NCBI RefSeq assembly: GCF_030144855.1
Contig: NC_082709.1
Coordinates: forward strand, 38,130,001-38,194,000
Length of the DNA: 64,000 bases
From: Hypanus sabinus
Lineage: Eukaryota
Reading direction: 5' to 3'
The notes beneath the pieces were generated by a model. That model did not search any database and was not told the DNA's origin. It saw only the letters and a list, made by a program, of their open reading frames with translations. Numbering within the stretch: position 1 is the stretch's first letter; the number at the start of each line of letters is the position of its first letter. A program made the translations under genes and the position numbers. Positions 51,321-63,925 of the stretch are shown piece by piece.

Positions 51321-54300
51321 TTCTGGGATTTCATGTTTTTAATTCATATTTAGTGTTAAGTGATGTCATGTCCCATTTTCATTAAACACTGGATTGGTTT
51401 CTAAAAGTACATGTATGACAATTTCTGCTCCTTCCTGAGTGACACCATTTTCATCTTCCCCAATTATCTGTACTGCTTTGCAAAACCATAATTTTGTAAA
51501 AAGACACGGAAGCATTATCACTGAACAATCATATCTTCAGATAGCAAAGCAAGTGAAATGTAAATCCTAAATTTGAGTTGCACAAAAAGATACTGCACAA
51601 TCTCCCATGTTATCAGTTTACTTCAGTTTTGAGGAGAAAATACAGATAACCTTAAATAGATGGAATGTATATGCCTGGCGTCTTAAAATTATACCACTTG
51701 GTTTGCAAAGGTTCCTAATCATCATCATCGTGAGTACTCAATGTACATCCAAACTTTATGCAGTACACACCTTAAATCCAACCACCAGGGGTCTACATTC
51801 AGCTCCATAAAATTATGAAATCATAAGATCGTTCTCCCACTCCCAAGTCACACCCAACAGCAGCTAAATTCAACTGCAGAAAATCTGCTTTTTGGTAATC
51901 TGGTCAATAAATATAAATAGCATGTTTCTTATATTATTATAGTTTCAGTTCATTGAAAACAAAGACATTGAAAAGCATCTGGTGAATTTATGATACCGTT
52001 AAGTCATAACCAATCAGGAAAGCTTTCTCCCTTCGCATCTGGAAAACATTCAGCATTATCAACTCACTGCATTTTAGACAACTGCTCAGAAATGAATCTT
52101 GGAAACAAGAATAGATCCACTAGGGTGGGCATTTAGATCGCCTGAGGTCTACAAGAGGGTCACTTGAACAGTTTAGGATTGCAGACTCTCTCCTTCAAAG
52201 AAACTAACCATGAGAGATCAGCCAGAAGATACAAAGAAAAAAAATAGCAGTTTAAATTCACTATTTTGCATACACCCTGCTAAATAAAAAAGTGGGGTAA
52301 AGAAAATCTTTCCAAAATATCAAGTGTACCTTTAAGTGTTTCACTTTGGCACTGTTAAATGAATCTGATGTGAAGAACTGATTTTGAAAACAGAGACCTG
52401 TCCACCCCAGCAGTTTAGGCCTTTAGTTCTATTTCCTCCCTGTTCTGTGATATTTGACATTTTTAAAACCTTGGATTATTAATTTCTCCAGTAAAATCAA
52501 GCAAAATCTTCAGAACAACCTCATGTTTGATGTGGAATTTACTTGGCAAACATACTCTGCAATGACGTGATCTGTAATCTATTTCCCTGCGGCTATATAA
52601 CACAGTGGAATAAATTAATCAGACAATTTATTTCATGGACTTTGGTTTGTGGAAAAAGAATAGAAAACAGATTTTGGGATCATGGTATAATCTCTTCCCT
52701 CAGGGACATACCAACTGAACTTCAAGTAGTTTAAGGCTTGCCTGTACTGTTAGGAAGCATTCAAACTTTAAGTGCTCATGATATGTTTTTAGTCAATATG
52801 TAAAACAATGATGTGGTGATCGAAGTGAAAAGCGTAGCTAACAATATATTCCAGTCACAAACCCTTGGAAGAGTTAATCAAACACCAGACTGTAACTTTC
52901 AGATTCAAAACTGCTTTAGTACTTCACAACCCTTGGAATAACTACTCACAGCTATCACTTATAAATCAGCAAATTTACATGCGATATGATTGGCAAACAA
53001 GAAACATATGACCATCTTTTCAATGACCCCTTCTGTTTGTTCTTGCTGTTAATATGTTGCACAGACACAACTCTTAGAAATTAACATAATAATGCATTAA
53101 AACCACTTCATTAAAGAACTTGCGTTAACTCATAAAAAATTAAGTTGCAACAGCCAAGTTAGCAAAGAAAACAACAAAATCCTAATTAGTTCGCTAATTC
53201 ACTTTTTTTGAAGATTAAAATAATTCTCCTAACTGTTCACTATGAGGAAAATGTACAACATTTATGAAGAAGTAGTTTAGTTCTTCTCAAATCCGTAATA
53301 GATGACATAATGCTGGAATTTCAAGATCTAAACATAAGCGTCTGGGCTAGATCAGATGCTGTCAGTGTAACATAAAACAAAAGCTAATGCATATGTTCAT
53401 TTATACAACGTGGCAAACAAGCTATCTGCCTCCTCATCTGTCCCTTTGCAACTCAGGGGGCATCTGTATTACAGAGGGCAAGAAAAAAAATTAGCAATGA
53501 GTTGCTGAGGGCCCCGCCTTGAAGGCTGTGAACTTTTGATGCTCACCGGAGTAAAGATTTGATAAGAACTTTACTTAAAACAAATTCTTGGATTTTAACC
53601 AAGTGACTTTGCCGCTGTTCCACAACTCTCATTTCCTTGCAAGATCAACTTTGTTTTGTCAGAAAAAGACTTGCTTTGCATTGAACAGGGATCTCAAAAT
53701 GCTGCCAGAAGCGGTTTTGTTTTACTGATTCTCATATTTTATAACAGTGTGATTTGCAGTGGTATGGAGCTTTGTATTATCTAATGATTTAGCAAAACAA
53801 CACACATCTGCTAAACTTTCTCATCAAAACAGATTCCAAGTCAGGCAGTCTACTTCAAATAACATACTGAACAAAAGGAAAATCTCATGTCAATAAAACT
53901 ACAAAAGCACCAGCCAGGACATAACTTACCGGCATCTGAACCAATCTCCTGATTTTTTACCAGTCTTAATTGTATGAATGTTATGGCAAAGAGCAGCAAA
54001 GTCCCCATATGCACCAGGGTCCCCATGTCTAAACATCAGACATGGAAGTCTGTGCAGATCTGTGGTGGAGTATCAGCAAACTAACATCAAATCAATTTGT
54101 TCCTCTTCCCTTTAGCACCAGGCCCAGCTGAAACTCTGCAATGTTCCTTCAACTGGGAAAGATTTAAATGGGATAACACTTGGCAACTCTCCTTTTCCTG
54201 CCTCTTCCCTGAAATGAGAGCCTCAGATTGGCCCTCTAATGTTCAGACTTCAAGTTGATTGATACCAGTTTACTAAATGACACACCCACATTGTTAAAAA

Positions 54301-55541
54301 GGGTAGCAGATGCTAATTATACTGAAAGTGTAGTTTTGAAAATCTAATACATATATTTCCCAGTGAAGTGTGTTTCAAGGAGCATTTATAATTATTCAAG
54401 AAAGAATACACAGATCTCCAAGTAGTGATTATAGTAAAAGCATTATAAAATCATTGTCTTTTGTTTACTGAGTAAGGAACTGAGAATCTCTAAGAAAATA
54501 ACTTCCATGAGTGCAAGGAGAGAAAGGGAGTGTAATGAAGAATGGGGTACCTGGCTCAAGTTGGGGGTAATTTACACTCTTTGTCAAAAATCTGGAGATT
54601 GTGATTTGCAAGATCTTCCATAAAAGAAAATGTAAATAAGAGTATGGCATAGTACAATCTTCAGTCAACAACTTTCTTTACAGTATGGTATTGTTTAGAA
54701 AAATAAATTCTTGACCAGGCCTACACAGCCATCTTTTAATAGAATTGTTTCCCCCTGTCATTCTGAACTATTTCAGTACAGAACTCTTTGATGACAGTAC
54801 TTCCTTCACATCATAACAGCACCAACAATTATTGATTTAGTATCCTGTTAATCTTTCATGTTAGAGGATGGCTATGCAACTTGCTTTTTCACCCACATAT
54901 TTCAAGTAGAAAGGCAAATTAATTCTTACCTATTTCAGTCATAGCTTCTCCTTTTGAATGGCTCTTTAGTCTTCTGTATTTGATAGTTTGTTTCTACTTT
55001 GCTCTTGATCCGATCTATCCATGAGTACCTCAGAAGCTTCAGCATAATATTGCATGCTTACTAAGCAGTATCAAGCTGTGTTCACAAGGTTAAGGTGATG
55101 AAAACGTGGGTCCCATTTCCATCCTTGTCAATTATTGAAGATGAAATTGTTCTGTTTCTGGACAACTCTAAGAACATGATGCCTCTTCCAGAGGTTGAGT
55201 TCAGAGCTTAGCAATGCTGTCACATTCAATGTTGTCAGAAAAACAATCAAATAATAGGTAGAAATACTATGAATTTCCTCAGCCTTAAGAACTAGAGAGG
55301 CCAGGCACTTGAACCTAGGATTACTGAATACATGTCCATTTCAGCTTCAGATCCAAAAGGCAGTTTCTGGCCAATTATATTTGCCTCTGTTGTATAAGTA
55401 AATGGTTCGCTACCAGCACGACAATATCTGCTATTAGAGGGCTTACGTTTCAGTTGAACAAGGAAATCAATAACCCAGCTGCAGTAATCAAAAGTGATGT
55501 TCCAAATTAGCAACAGCAAAAGCCAATGTGACCAGAGAACA

Positions 55542-55690
55542 CAAACGAGGAAATCTGCAGATGCTGGAAATTCAAACAACGCACACAAAATGCTGGTGGA
55601 ACACAGCAGGCCAGGCAGGATCACTGAACTGGAAGAAACTAGGAGAAGCACTGTCGACGTTTCGGGCCGAGACCCTTCATCAGGACCTGA
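55542..55690 (-). mobile_element. Solo PLE terminal repeat, young
   Basis: gaaatctgcagatgctggaaat..aaaatgctggtggaacacagcaggccaggcag..; flanks GACCAGAGAACA / GACCTGAGAACA (55530-55541, 55684-55695). Confidence 0.85.
55653..55686 (-). ncRNA. Minimal type-I hammerhead ribozyme motif (PLE-associated)
   Basis: Minus strand GUC-CUGAUGA-A-GGGU(CUCG)GCCC-GAAAC-GUC-GAC: conserved CUGANGA and GAAA boxes, stem II, GUC triplet, stem I GUC/GAC. Confidence 0.75.
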
Positions 55691-56459
55691 GAACAATAGC
55701 CTGCCTAACAGTAGAAAATCGCCAAGGTCTGTCCACCCAAAGAAAGTCCAACATGGTGTATCATTAGTCTTCTCTCAGTCATCAAAGCAATAAGAGAAAC
55801 CAGTGGCAGTGCAATAATCTACAATACCCCACTTAGTGATGCTTAGTCCAGGCTCCAGAAGGATCATTCATTTCCAGACAAATCAGAGTCTGGATCCAGA
55901 CATTCAACCATATCACCTTTGTCAAATACTACACTGTCAATATCCTGGATGGTGTGTGGGAACTGTTCACCATTCACCAAATGCTAAGCTAACAAGTCAG
56001 TGTAGTACTGTGGCACAATAGCAGACCAGTGGCTTGGCACATTGCAGCAGGTGATATATCTTCTGGCTCCACTAAGTCTTATTACCATCTGCAAAACTCA
56101 TCAGCCATGTGAAGAAATACACTCCAATTACCTGATGAAAACTGCTCCAACTAAAGTTAAGGAACTTAACACTATCCAAATCAAACAGCCAATTTGAATG
56201 TCAGCCACCTCCACCGACTTAATCAAACAATGAGTCAGTTGTAACTCACTTGATAACTCTCAAGTCTAACTCAGAGATCATCAGGTCAAGATACCCGCCA
56301 AAGACTCTAGCACAAAAAATTTAAGCCAACTTGTTGGTAAAGTACTATGGAAGGATTACAGAGCTGGTTTATGCCATCTCTCAGACTGCTTGTTAAACCA
56401 AAGACTCTGATGCTTCCTTAGGTAGCTCTTAGAGAAGTTTTGTATTATCTGCAGGTGTA

Positions 56460-57710
56460 CTCAGAACATACAACCTACAACAGTACTGCACAGTAACAGG
56501 CCCTTAACATCATTGGCTGAAGTGATGTTGTACCACTCATTAAGCTAGTGACACTTGCCTCTTTCTACCTGCACATAGTTCTTATCCCTCCACTCACTGT
56601 CAATTTTTTTGTGTCCAAGACCCTCTTCAATGCCTCTATTGTAACTACCTCTGCCATCAGCACTGCATTCCAGGCACCCCATGAGTCTGTGCAAAAAAAA
56701 AACCATTGCCCCTCACATCTCCTTTGAACTTTCCTTTGTTCTTCTGAAATGCATGGCTTCTAATGGAAGACATTTCAACTCTTGGAATAAGTTTCTGATG
56801 ATCTAGCCTATCATAAGACCATATGACCATACAATGTAGGAGCAGAATTTGGCCATTTAGCCCATGAGCCTGCTCCACCATTTCATCAAGGCTGATCGAT
56901 TTTCCCTCTCAGCCTCACTTTCCTGCCTTCTCCCTGTATTATTTCATGCCCTGACTAATCAACCTCTGCCTTAAATATACTCAATGACTTGGCCTCCACG
57001 GCTACATGTGGCAACAATTTCCATAGATTCACCACTCTTTGGTTAAAGAAATTCCACCTCATCTCCATTCTAAAAGAATGCCCCTGTATTCTGTGATTGT
57101 GTCTTCTCGCCTTAGACTCCTCCAGCATAGGAAATATGCTGCGATATCCACTCTATCAAGGCCTTTCAACATTTTATAGGCTTCAATGAGTTCACCCTTC
57201 ATTCTTCTGAATTCCAGTGAGTGCAGGCCTAGAGCCATCACACATTCTTCATATGACAAGCCTTTCAATCCCAGAATCAGTTTTGTGAACCTCCTTTGAA
57301 CCCTCACCAATGTCAGCACATCCTTTCTTAGATAAGGAGCCCAAAACTGCCTGCAGTACTCCAAGTGAGATTTCACCAATGTTTTATAAAGCCTCAACAT
57401 TATGCCTCTCAATCTTATAAAATCCTTACAGGTCTCTCTCCAGCTATCACTACCCTAAAGAAAACAATTAAAGTTTGTCCAGCTTCTCCTTATAGCATAA
57501 CAAAGTACCTTGGTAAACCTCTTTGGAACCCTCTCCATAGCCTCCACAAACAATGGAGTGATGAGAATTGAATGCAATACTTCAGATTCAGCCTAATCAG
57601 ACAACCCAAATTCCTGACTCTTGGACTAAATGTATCAACTAATAAAAGCAGGAATGCCATATGACTTCTTATCCATCCTATTGACGTGTGGCCACTTCCA
57701 TGGTTTGAGA
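56460..57710 (-). mobile_element. CR1 3' fragment hosting a second CR1 (about 56813-57400)
   Basis: Inner ORF 57059-57412 LYKTLVKSHLEYCRQFWAPYLRKDV..RVQRRFT; two separate CR1 tails (56460, 56813). Confidence 0.82.
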
Positions 57711-57829
57711 TACACAGAGAATGTGCTGGATGCTTTATAATTATCTGACCTGGTCCCTTCCATCTCCTTCACCCCATGGTACCATGACGCATTCAGAAGC
57801 TGCAGAAAGCCAAAATGTTCAACCTCTAT

Positions 57830-58092
57830 CATTGCAAAAGAACAATAACAGCCAGCACATTGGAGATTCCCACCCAGTCACACAACATTTTGATTAGCAA
57901 GTATGTCTCCTTTCTTTCGGTGTCACTGCCTGGTCTAGGAAGCTCCAACTAAACCAGATTGCTGGAGTAAATTCCAGCTAGGCTGCAGCTATTCAGAAAG
58001 GCACTTCAAAATCACTTTCTCATGGGCAATTAAGGGCGACCATTAAATGCAAGCCTTGCCAGTTATACCCACACACTGTAACATGAATAAAT
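57830..58092 (+). mobile_element. Ancient LINE 3' end (CR1/L2-like)
   Basis: gggcaattaagggcgaccattaaatgcaagccttgccag; related tails at about 22720-22765, 23995-24035 and 37765-37830. Confidence 0.45.
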
Positions 58093-58390
58093 AAAGTCTT
58101 ATATATCCACACAATCTGACTCATTCCATACCTTAAATACATTGTGGTTAATTTAATGAAATAGCTCATTTCATCCCAAGGGCAAGTTTAAAAAGAAAAT
58201 TAAGTCAAAACTGACATTGCTTCATCATAACCAGTGGCATGTGAGAGATAATGTGATGTCTGATGCCTGTACATATCACAGTCACAATCATTAAACTAAT
58301 GGAAGACTTGCACTAAGTACAGGTACCATTGACCGAAACAATGCTGAACAGGCAATTGGTATTGTCAGTATGGCTGTGATGCTGATTTCA

Positions 58391-59283
58391 GGGTGGCAGT
58401 GTTAGCTGTGAGGAGGATGCTAAGAGGATGCAGGGTGACTTGGATAGGTTAGGTGAGTGGGCAAATTCATGGCAGATGCAACTTAATGTAGATAAATGTG
58501 AGGTTATCCACTTTGATTGCAAGAACAGGAAAGCAGATTATTATCTGAACGGTGGCCGATTAGGAAAAGGGGAGATGCAACAAGACCTGGGTGTCATTGC
58601 ACACCAGTCATTAAAGGTGGACATGCAGGTATAGCAGGTGGCGAAAAAGGCAAATGGTATGTTGGTATTCATAGCAAAAGGATTTGAGTACAGGAGCAGG
58701 GAGGTTCTACTGCAGTTGTACAAGGCTGCACCTAGAATATTGTGTGCAGTTTTGGTCCCCTAATCTGAGGATAGACATTTTTGCCATAGAGGGAGTACAG
58801 AGAAGATTCACCAGATTGATTCCTGGGATGGCAGGACTTTCATATGAAGAAAGACTGGATCGACTAGGCTTATACTCACTGAAATTTAGAAGATTGAGGG
58901 GCGATCTTATTGAAACGTATAAAATTCTAAAGGGATTGGACAGGCTAGATGCAGGAAGATTGTTTCCAATGTTGGGGAAGTCCAGAACGAGGGGTCACAG
59001 TTTAAGGATAAAGGGGAAGCCTTTTAGGACCGAAATGAGGAAAAACTTCACACAGAGACTGGTGAATCCGTGGAATTCTCTGCCACAGGAAACAGTTGAG
59101 GCCAGTTCATTGGCTATACTTAAGAGGAAGTTAGATGTAGCCCTTGTGGCTAAAGGGATCAGGGGGTATGGAGAGAAAGCAGGTACAGGGTTCCAAGTTG
59201 GATGATTAGCCATGATCATACTGAATGGTGGTGCTGCCTCGAATGGCCTACTCCTGCACCTATTTTCTATGTTTCTATGTTTC
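58391..59283 (+). mobile_element. Young 5'-truncated CR1 LINE
   Basis: QGDLDRLGEWANSWQMQLNVDKCEVIHF; ORF 58684-59205 HLEYCVQFWSP..RRLRGDLIETYKILKG..RTRGHSLRI; (ttctatg)n tail. Confidence 0.92.
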
Positions 59284-59399
59284 ATGACAACACTGCTGTT
59301 TTGGAGCTCAACCCTTCAGTCTGTGCACTTTATTGACCTTCCCTACCTGAAAGCATGTTTCATGCACAAGTGTTCCCAGGACCCTCTCCACAACAACAT

Positions 59400-60200
59400 G
59401 CTGCAATCTTTCACCACTTAAGTAATAATCTTTTATTTTTCCTTATAATGTGGATATCCCCACTTGTACCAACATTGTACTCCATCTTCATACTCACTCA
59501 ACCTAACTGCATCTCTCTGTAGATTCTTCACATCCACTGTTCAGTTTGCTTTTCCACTCAATTTAGTATCATCATCATCATCATCATCATCATACTAAGA
59601 TATGTTACACTTGGTCTAAATCACTAATATATATCATGAGTAATTTGGAGCCCAGCACTGATCACTGTGACACACTGTTTGCCACTAATTTACCATCCAA
59701 AAATACACCCATTTATCCGTACTCTCTGCCTTCTATTGGTTAACCAATCCTCTATCCACGTTAATACATTACCCCCAACTCCATTCATCCATATGGTATA
59801 AGATTTTATGCAGCAACATTTTAACACCTTCTGGAAATCGAAGCATAAAATATCCACCTATCCACTGCATTCATTATATTCTCAGTAGGTTTGCCAAACA
59901 AGACCTGCCTTTCATGAATCCATTCACAAACAAGGGAAAATCAACAGCTGCTGGAAATCCAAGCAACACCCACAAAATGCAGTTCTGATGAAGTGTCTCA
60001 GCCCAAAATGGCAACTGTTTACTCTTTTCCACAGATGTTGCCTGTCCTGCTGAGATCCTCCAGCACGTTGCTAGTGCTGCTTTTTGAATTCTTGCTGAGT
60101 CACTCTGATGGAACCACTTCTATCCAAATACCTCGATATTTCTTCCTTAGTGAGAGTTTTTAGCATTTTCCCAACTACAGACGTTAAACTAAATGACCCA
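59400..60200 (-). mobile_element. Decayed CR1 RT fragment containing an inverted PLE repeat pair (about 59925-60080)
   Basis: cccagcactgatcactgtg (reverse of PQGSVLG-like DNA), ccttctggaaatc; inner cagttctgatgaagtgtctcagcccaaaa. Confidence 0.55.
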
Positions 60201-60299
60201 TGGTTGCATTCTGCCTACTTTTTTGTTCTTTAAAACAGTGCTGTGTTATTTTCTATCTTCTAAACCACCAGGGCCTGCTGAGAATATAGACGTTGCCAT

Positions 60300-60705
60300 A
60301 GAAATTCAACATTCATCAAAGATCCTCACCACCCAGGCCATACTTTTTTCTCACTGCTGCCATCAGGTAGAAGGTACAAGTTCCTCAGGACTTCCACCAG
60401 GTTCAAGAATAGTTACTGCCCCTCAACCATCAGGTTCTTGAACAAAAGGGGGATAACTACACTCATTCTATTTCTGATGTTCCCACAACCAATGATCTCA
60501 GTTTAAGGACTCTATCGTGTTATTTCATGCTGTCATTATTTATTGCTATCTGTTTATATTTGCTTTTGCACAGTTTGTTGTTCATTGATCCTGTTTACAA
60601 TTACTGTTCTACAGATTTGCTGAGAATGCCCACAGGAAAAAGAATCTCTGGGTTGTATGTGGTGACATCTATGTACTCTGACAGTAGGTTTTACTTTGAA
60701 CTTTA
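60300..60705 (+). mobile_element. Rex1/Babar 3' fragment
   Basis: catcaaagatcctcaccacccaggccat..ctgccatcagg..aatctctgggttgtat..tactttgaacttt. Confidence 0.7.
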
Positions 60706-61465
60706 CCAATTTGGTAAATAATCACAAGTGCCTCTTCTATAACTTCCACCATTCCCTTCAATACCCTGAGATGTATTCCATCCTGATCAGAGGAATGGTC
60801 TATCTACAGGTCCATTAGATTGCTCAGCACTACCTCTTCAGTGATATAAAGTCCCTAACCTCCCATCACATCCATAACACTATCTCAGTTAGACCTGTCA
60901 CCCATTGTGGAACAAGAGCTATTCACAAATGAGGTAGCTGACAATCCCATTGTGCAGCCAACACATAGTAGAACATCAGGCATACAATACGATCAAAACT
61001 GCCACAGTCTGTGCAACAAAAGAAGTGATGGTTGGGCTGAAGCAACAGCTCTGCTCCCTGAACCATTCTGGTCTGTCTATAGGTCTATCAGCATCTGTTC
61101 TAATGGTTGCTGGTGTGAAACTCAAAGATCATTTTCACCACCCTAGTGTTTTTGTTACTTGTCTACTGTCCAATCAGCTCATACTTCTCAATTACACTGG
61201 ACAACAAAGGTTTTGCTTCCTGAACACTTTTGTGTGTATCTTACAGATTTTGGGCTGTTGATCATGACAATTACCATAAAATTTCCCTAACACACACCGT
61301 TTTTTAAAAAATCCCCTATATTTGTTAATTCAATTCAAAAATGAAGTCAATTAAAGTGTTGCCCACAATATAAGCTGAAAAGTTTTCTTTCTCGTCCAGA
61401 CAAACCTGTGCATGCTTATGCAGGGAAGATACTGCATGACAGGACAGGTTTTAGAAAGGCTTTAA

Positions 61466-61466
<1 letters not shown>

Positions 61467-61496
<30 letters not shown>
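61467..61496. repeat. (CA)15 microsatellite
   Basis: Direct reading. Confidence 0.95.
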
Positions 61497-61500
<4 letters not shown>

Positions 61501-62041
61501 TCTATGCATTGTGCTCACATGTATAATCGGTTTGCGATCACGTTGATGTGTGTGCTCTACAAGCATAGCATATTGTGTACACTCACTACAATAAAGTGAT
61601 TGTATTTTCATGGGCTTTTAACTGCTTTGGGTTTCTAGCATGACCCACAACAATGGTGTATTTTTATTGATTCTTCAGTGTTGAGCCTGAAAGCTCAGCT
61701 GTCACACAATGACAGTGTCTCACTCTTCAATACCAATGGGCTGTACAGTACGCACCAAAAGAAAAGTACCGAAATTTGTGTGTCCTGTTGAAACACAAAC
61801 AATACAGCAACTACAACTGGAACATCTGTGGTGATCTGAAAGTAGTGGTGCTGATACTCGGAATGCTGCTCGGATACACCAAGCAGTGTTGTTTCATTTG
61901 TGAATGGGACAGCAGTGCTAAAGAATCTCATCACTTTATAAAGGAGTGGCCACTCTGTAAGCAGTTGGTTCCAGTGCAGAAAAGTGATACTGTAAGCCAC
62001 TTGTAGACGAAGATATTTTTGCCTCCTCTTCATTTAAACTT

Positions 62042-62845
62042 GAATTGAATTAACTTTATTACTTACAACCTTCATATACATGAGGAGTAAAAATCTTTAC
62101 ATTACATCTCCATCTTAATGAGCAATTTATAGTAATTTATAAAAATTATGTACAACAGGGCAGTCAATGTAACATAGAAATACAGTTGCATCAGCATGAA
62201 TTAAGCAGTTTGATGGCCTGGTGGAAGAAGCTGTCCCGGAGCCTGTTGGTCCTGGCTTTTATGCTGCGGTACTGTTTCCTGGATGGTAGCAGCTGGAACA
62301 GTTTGTGGTTGGGGTGACTTGGGTCCCCAATGATCCTTCGGGCCCTTTTAAAACATCTGACTTTATAAAGGTCTTGAATAGTGGGAATTTCACATCTACA
62401 GATGTGCTGGGCTGTCCGCACCACTCCCTGCAGAGTCCTGCGATTGAGGGAAGTACAGTTCCCAAACCAGGCAGTGATGCAGCCAGTCAGGATGCTCTCA
62501 ATTGTGCTCCTATAGAAAGTTCTTAGAATTCCGGGCTCATGCCAAACTTCTTCAACCCCCTGCGGTGAAAGAGATGCTGCTGTGCTTTTTTCAGCACGCA
62601 GCCGGTATGTACAGACCACGTGAAATCCTCGGTGATGTTTATGCCGAGGAACTTAAAGCTGTTCACCCTCTCAACCCCAGATCCATTGATGTCAATAGGG
62701 GTTAGCCTGTCTCCATTTTTCCTGTAATCCACAACCAACTCCTTCGTTTTTGCAACACTGTGTTAGGGTGATGATGTCTTTTCTGTAGGCTGCCTCATTA
62801 TTATTTGAGATTAGGCCAATCCGTGTAGTGTCATCAGCAAATTTC
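62042..62845 (-). mobile_element. 5'-truncated Rex1/Babar LINE inserted in the Chapaev3 transposase
   Basis: KFADDTT..GLISNNNEAAYR, VERVNSFKFLGINI, FYRSTIESILTGCITAWFG, RTNRLRDSFFHQAIKLLN. Confidence 0.88.
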
Positions 62846-63599
62846 AGGATTTTGAAAAACATTGTGAAAACAATAAGCAAGGAAGGTGAGGATTTTAATA
62901 TTTGAGACTCATTTTTCCCAAGGTGAAGAAAGTTGGTCCAAAAATCAAACAGGTCATCAATGACAGGCAATTTGTTGAACTTCAGAGAAAAATCGCATGG
63001 AAGGCAATCAAGGCTGTTGTTGAAAATTTTCTTGGCAACTACAGAGCAGCAAACTATGTGGAGCAGGTGCTCATACAAAACCAGGGAATGCAACATGTCA
63101 CTAAAAATTCTGCATTCCCATTTTGACTTCTTCCCTGCAAACTTTGGTGCTGTCAGTGATGTGCATAAGTGAAAGGTTTCACCAGGACATTGCAGTCATG
63201 CAGAAACGGTATCAGAGCAACTGGAATCCATCAATGCTGGCTGATTATTGTTGGGCACTTAAGTGAGAAGCCTCAGTCACTAAGTACTAATGAAAATAAT
63301 CAACAAAATATTTTTAGCTTAGTTGAACTATTTTAAAACATCAGCACTGTTATGCAATTAAACACATTGCACTCAATAAAAGTTAATATCCTGACTTTTA
63401 AAATTCCTACATGATATCAGTAGTCTGAAATTATATTTGTGTTAAGCTTCAGGTGGTCTACCATAAGCACAAAAAACTTGAGAAAGCAACACTTACGAAA
63501 ATGTTTGCTGTCCAGTGTTAACTGTAAGGAGAAAGGCATGAGGACAAGGATGTGGTCTGAAAAAGTGGACAAAAATAATAAGTAAAAATAATTTGAAAA

Positions 63600-63721
63600 T
63601 CTTCTCCTGCCTTTTTTTTTAACTCCAGTCCTGCCAAAGGGTTCGCCCAAAACGTCATCCATATTTTTTTCCATAGATGCTTGCCTGGCCTGCAGAGTTC
63701 TTCCAGTATTTTGTGTGTGTT

Positions 63722-63753
<32 letters not shown>

Positions 63754-63925
63754 CTTTATTCATCCCCAAGGGGAAATTCAACATTTTTCCAGTGTCCCAT
63801 ACACTTATTGTAGCAAAACTAATTACATACAGTATTTAACTCAGTATAAATATGATATGCATCTAAAATCACCCTCCCAAAAAGCATGCTCAGATTTCCA
63901 GCTTCTGCAGATTTTCTCTTGTTTA
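63600..63925 (+). mobile_element. PLE terminal repeat interrupted by a (GATA)8-tailed LINE 3' fragment (63722-63886, minus)
   Basis: ccagtcctgccaaagggttcgcccaaaacgtc..ttttgtgtgtgttg | insertion | tgctcagatttccagcttctgcagattttctcttg. Confidence 0.72.

Larger units (their letters stand above)
61195..63517 (+). mobile_element. Chapaev3-type DNA transposon, internally deleted, transposase pseudogene
   Basis: TIRs CACTGGACAACAAAGGTTTT / AAAATGTTTGCTGTCCAGTG; TSD TTA (61192-61194, 63518-63520); motifs W.IFIDSS, ICGDLKVV..GYTKQCCFICEWDS, IFLPPLH, GPKIKQV, AWKAIKAVVENFLGN, CNMSLKILHSHFDFFPANFGAVSD, ERFHQDI. Confidence 0.87.

Noticed and set aside
9921-63925. Recurring ~35-bp hairpin motif resembling a CRISPR repeat or terminator
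   Set aside because: Dispersed, in both orientations, no spacer array, eukaryotic context; explained by PLE terminal repeats.
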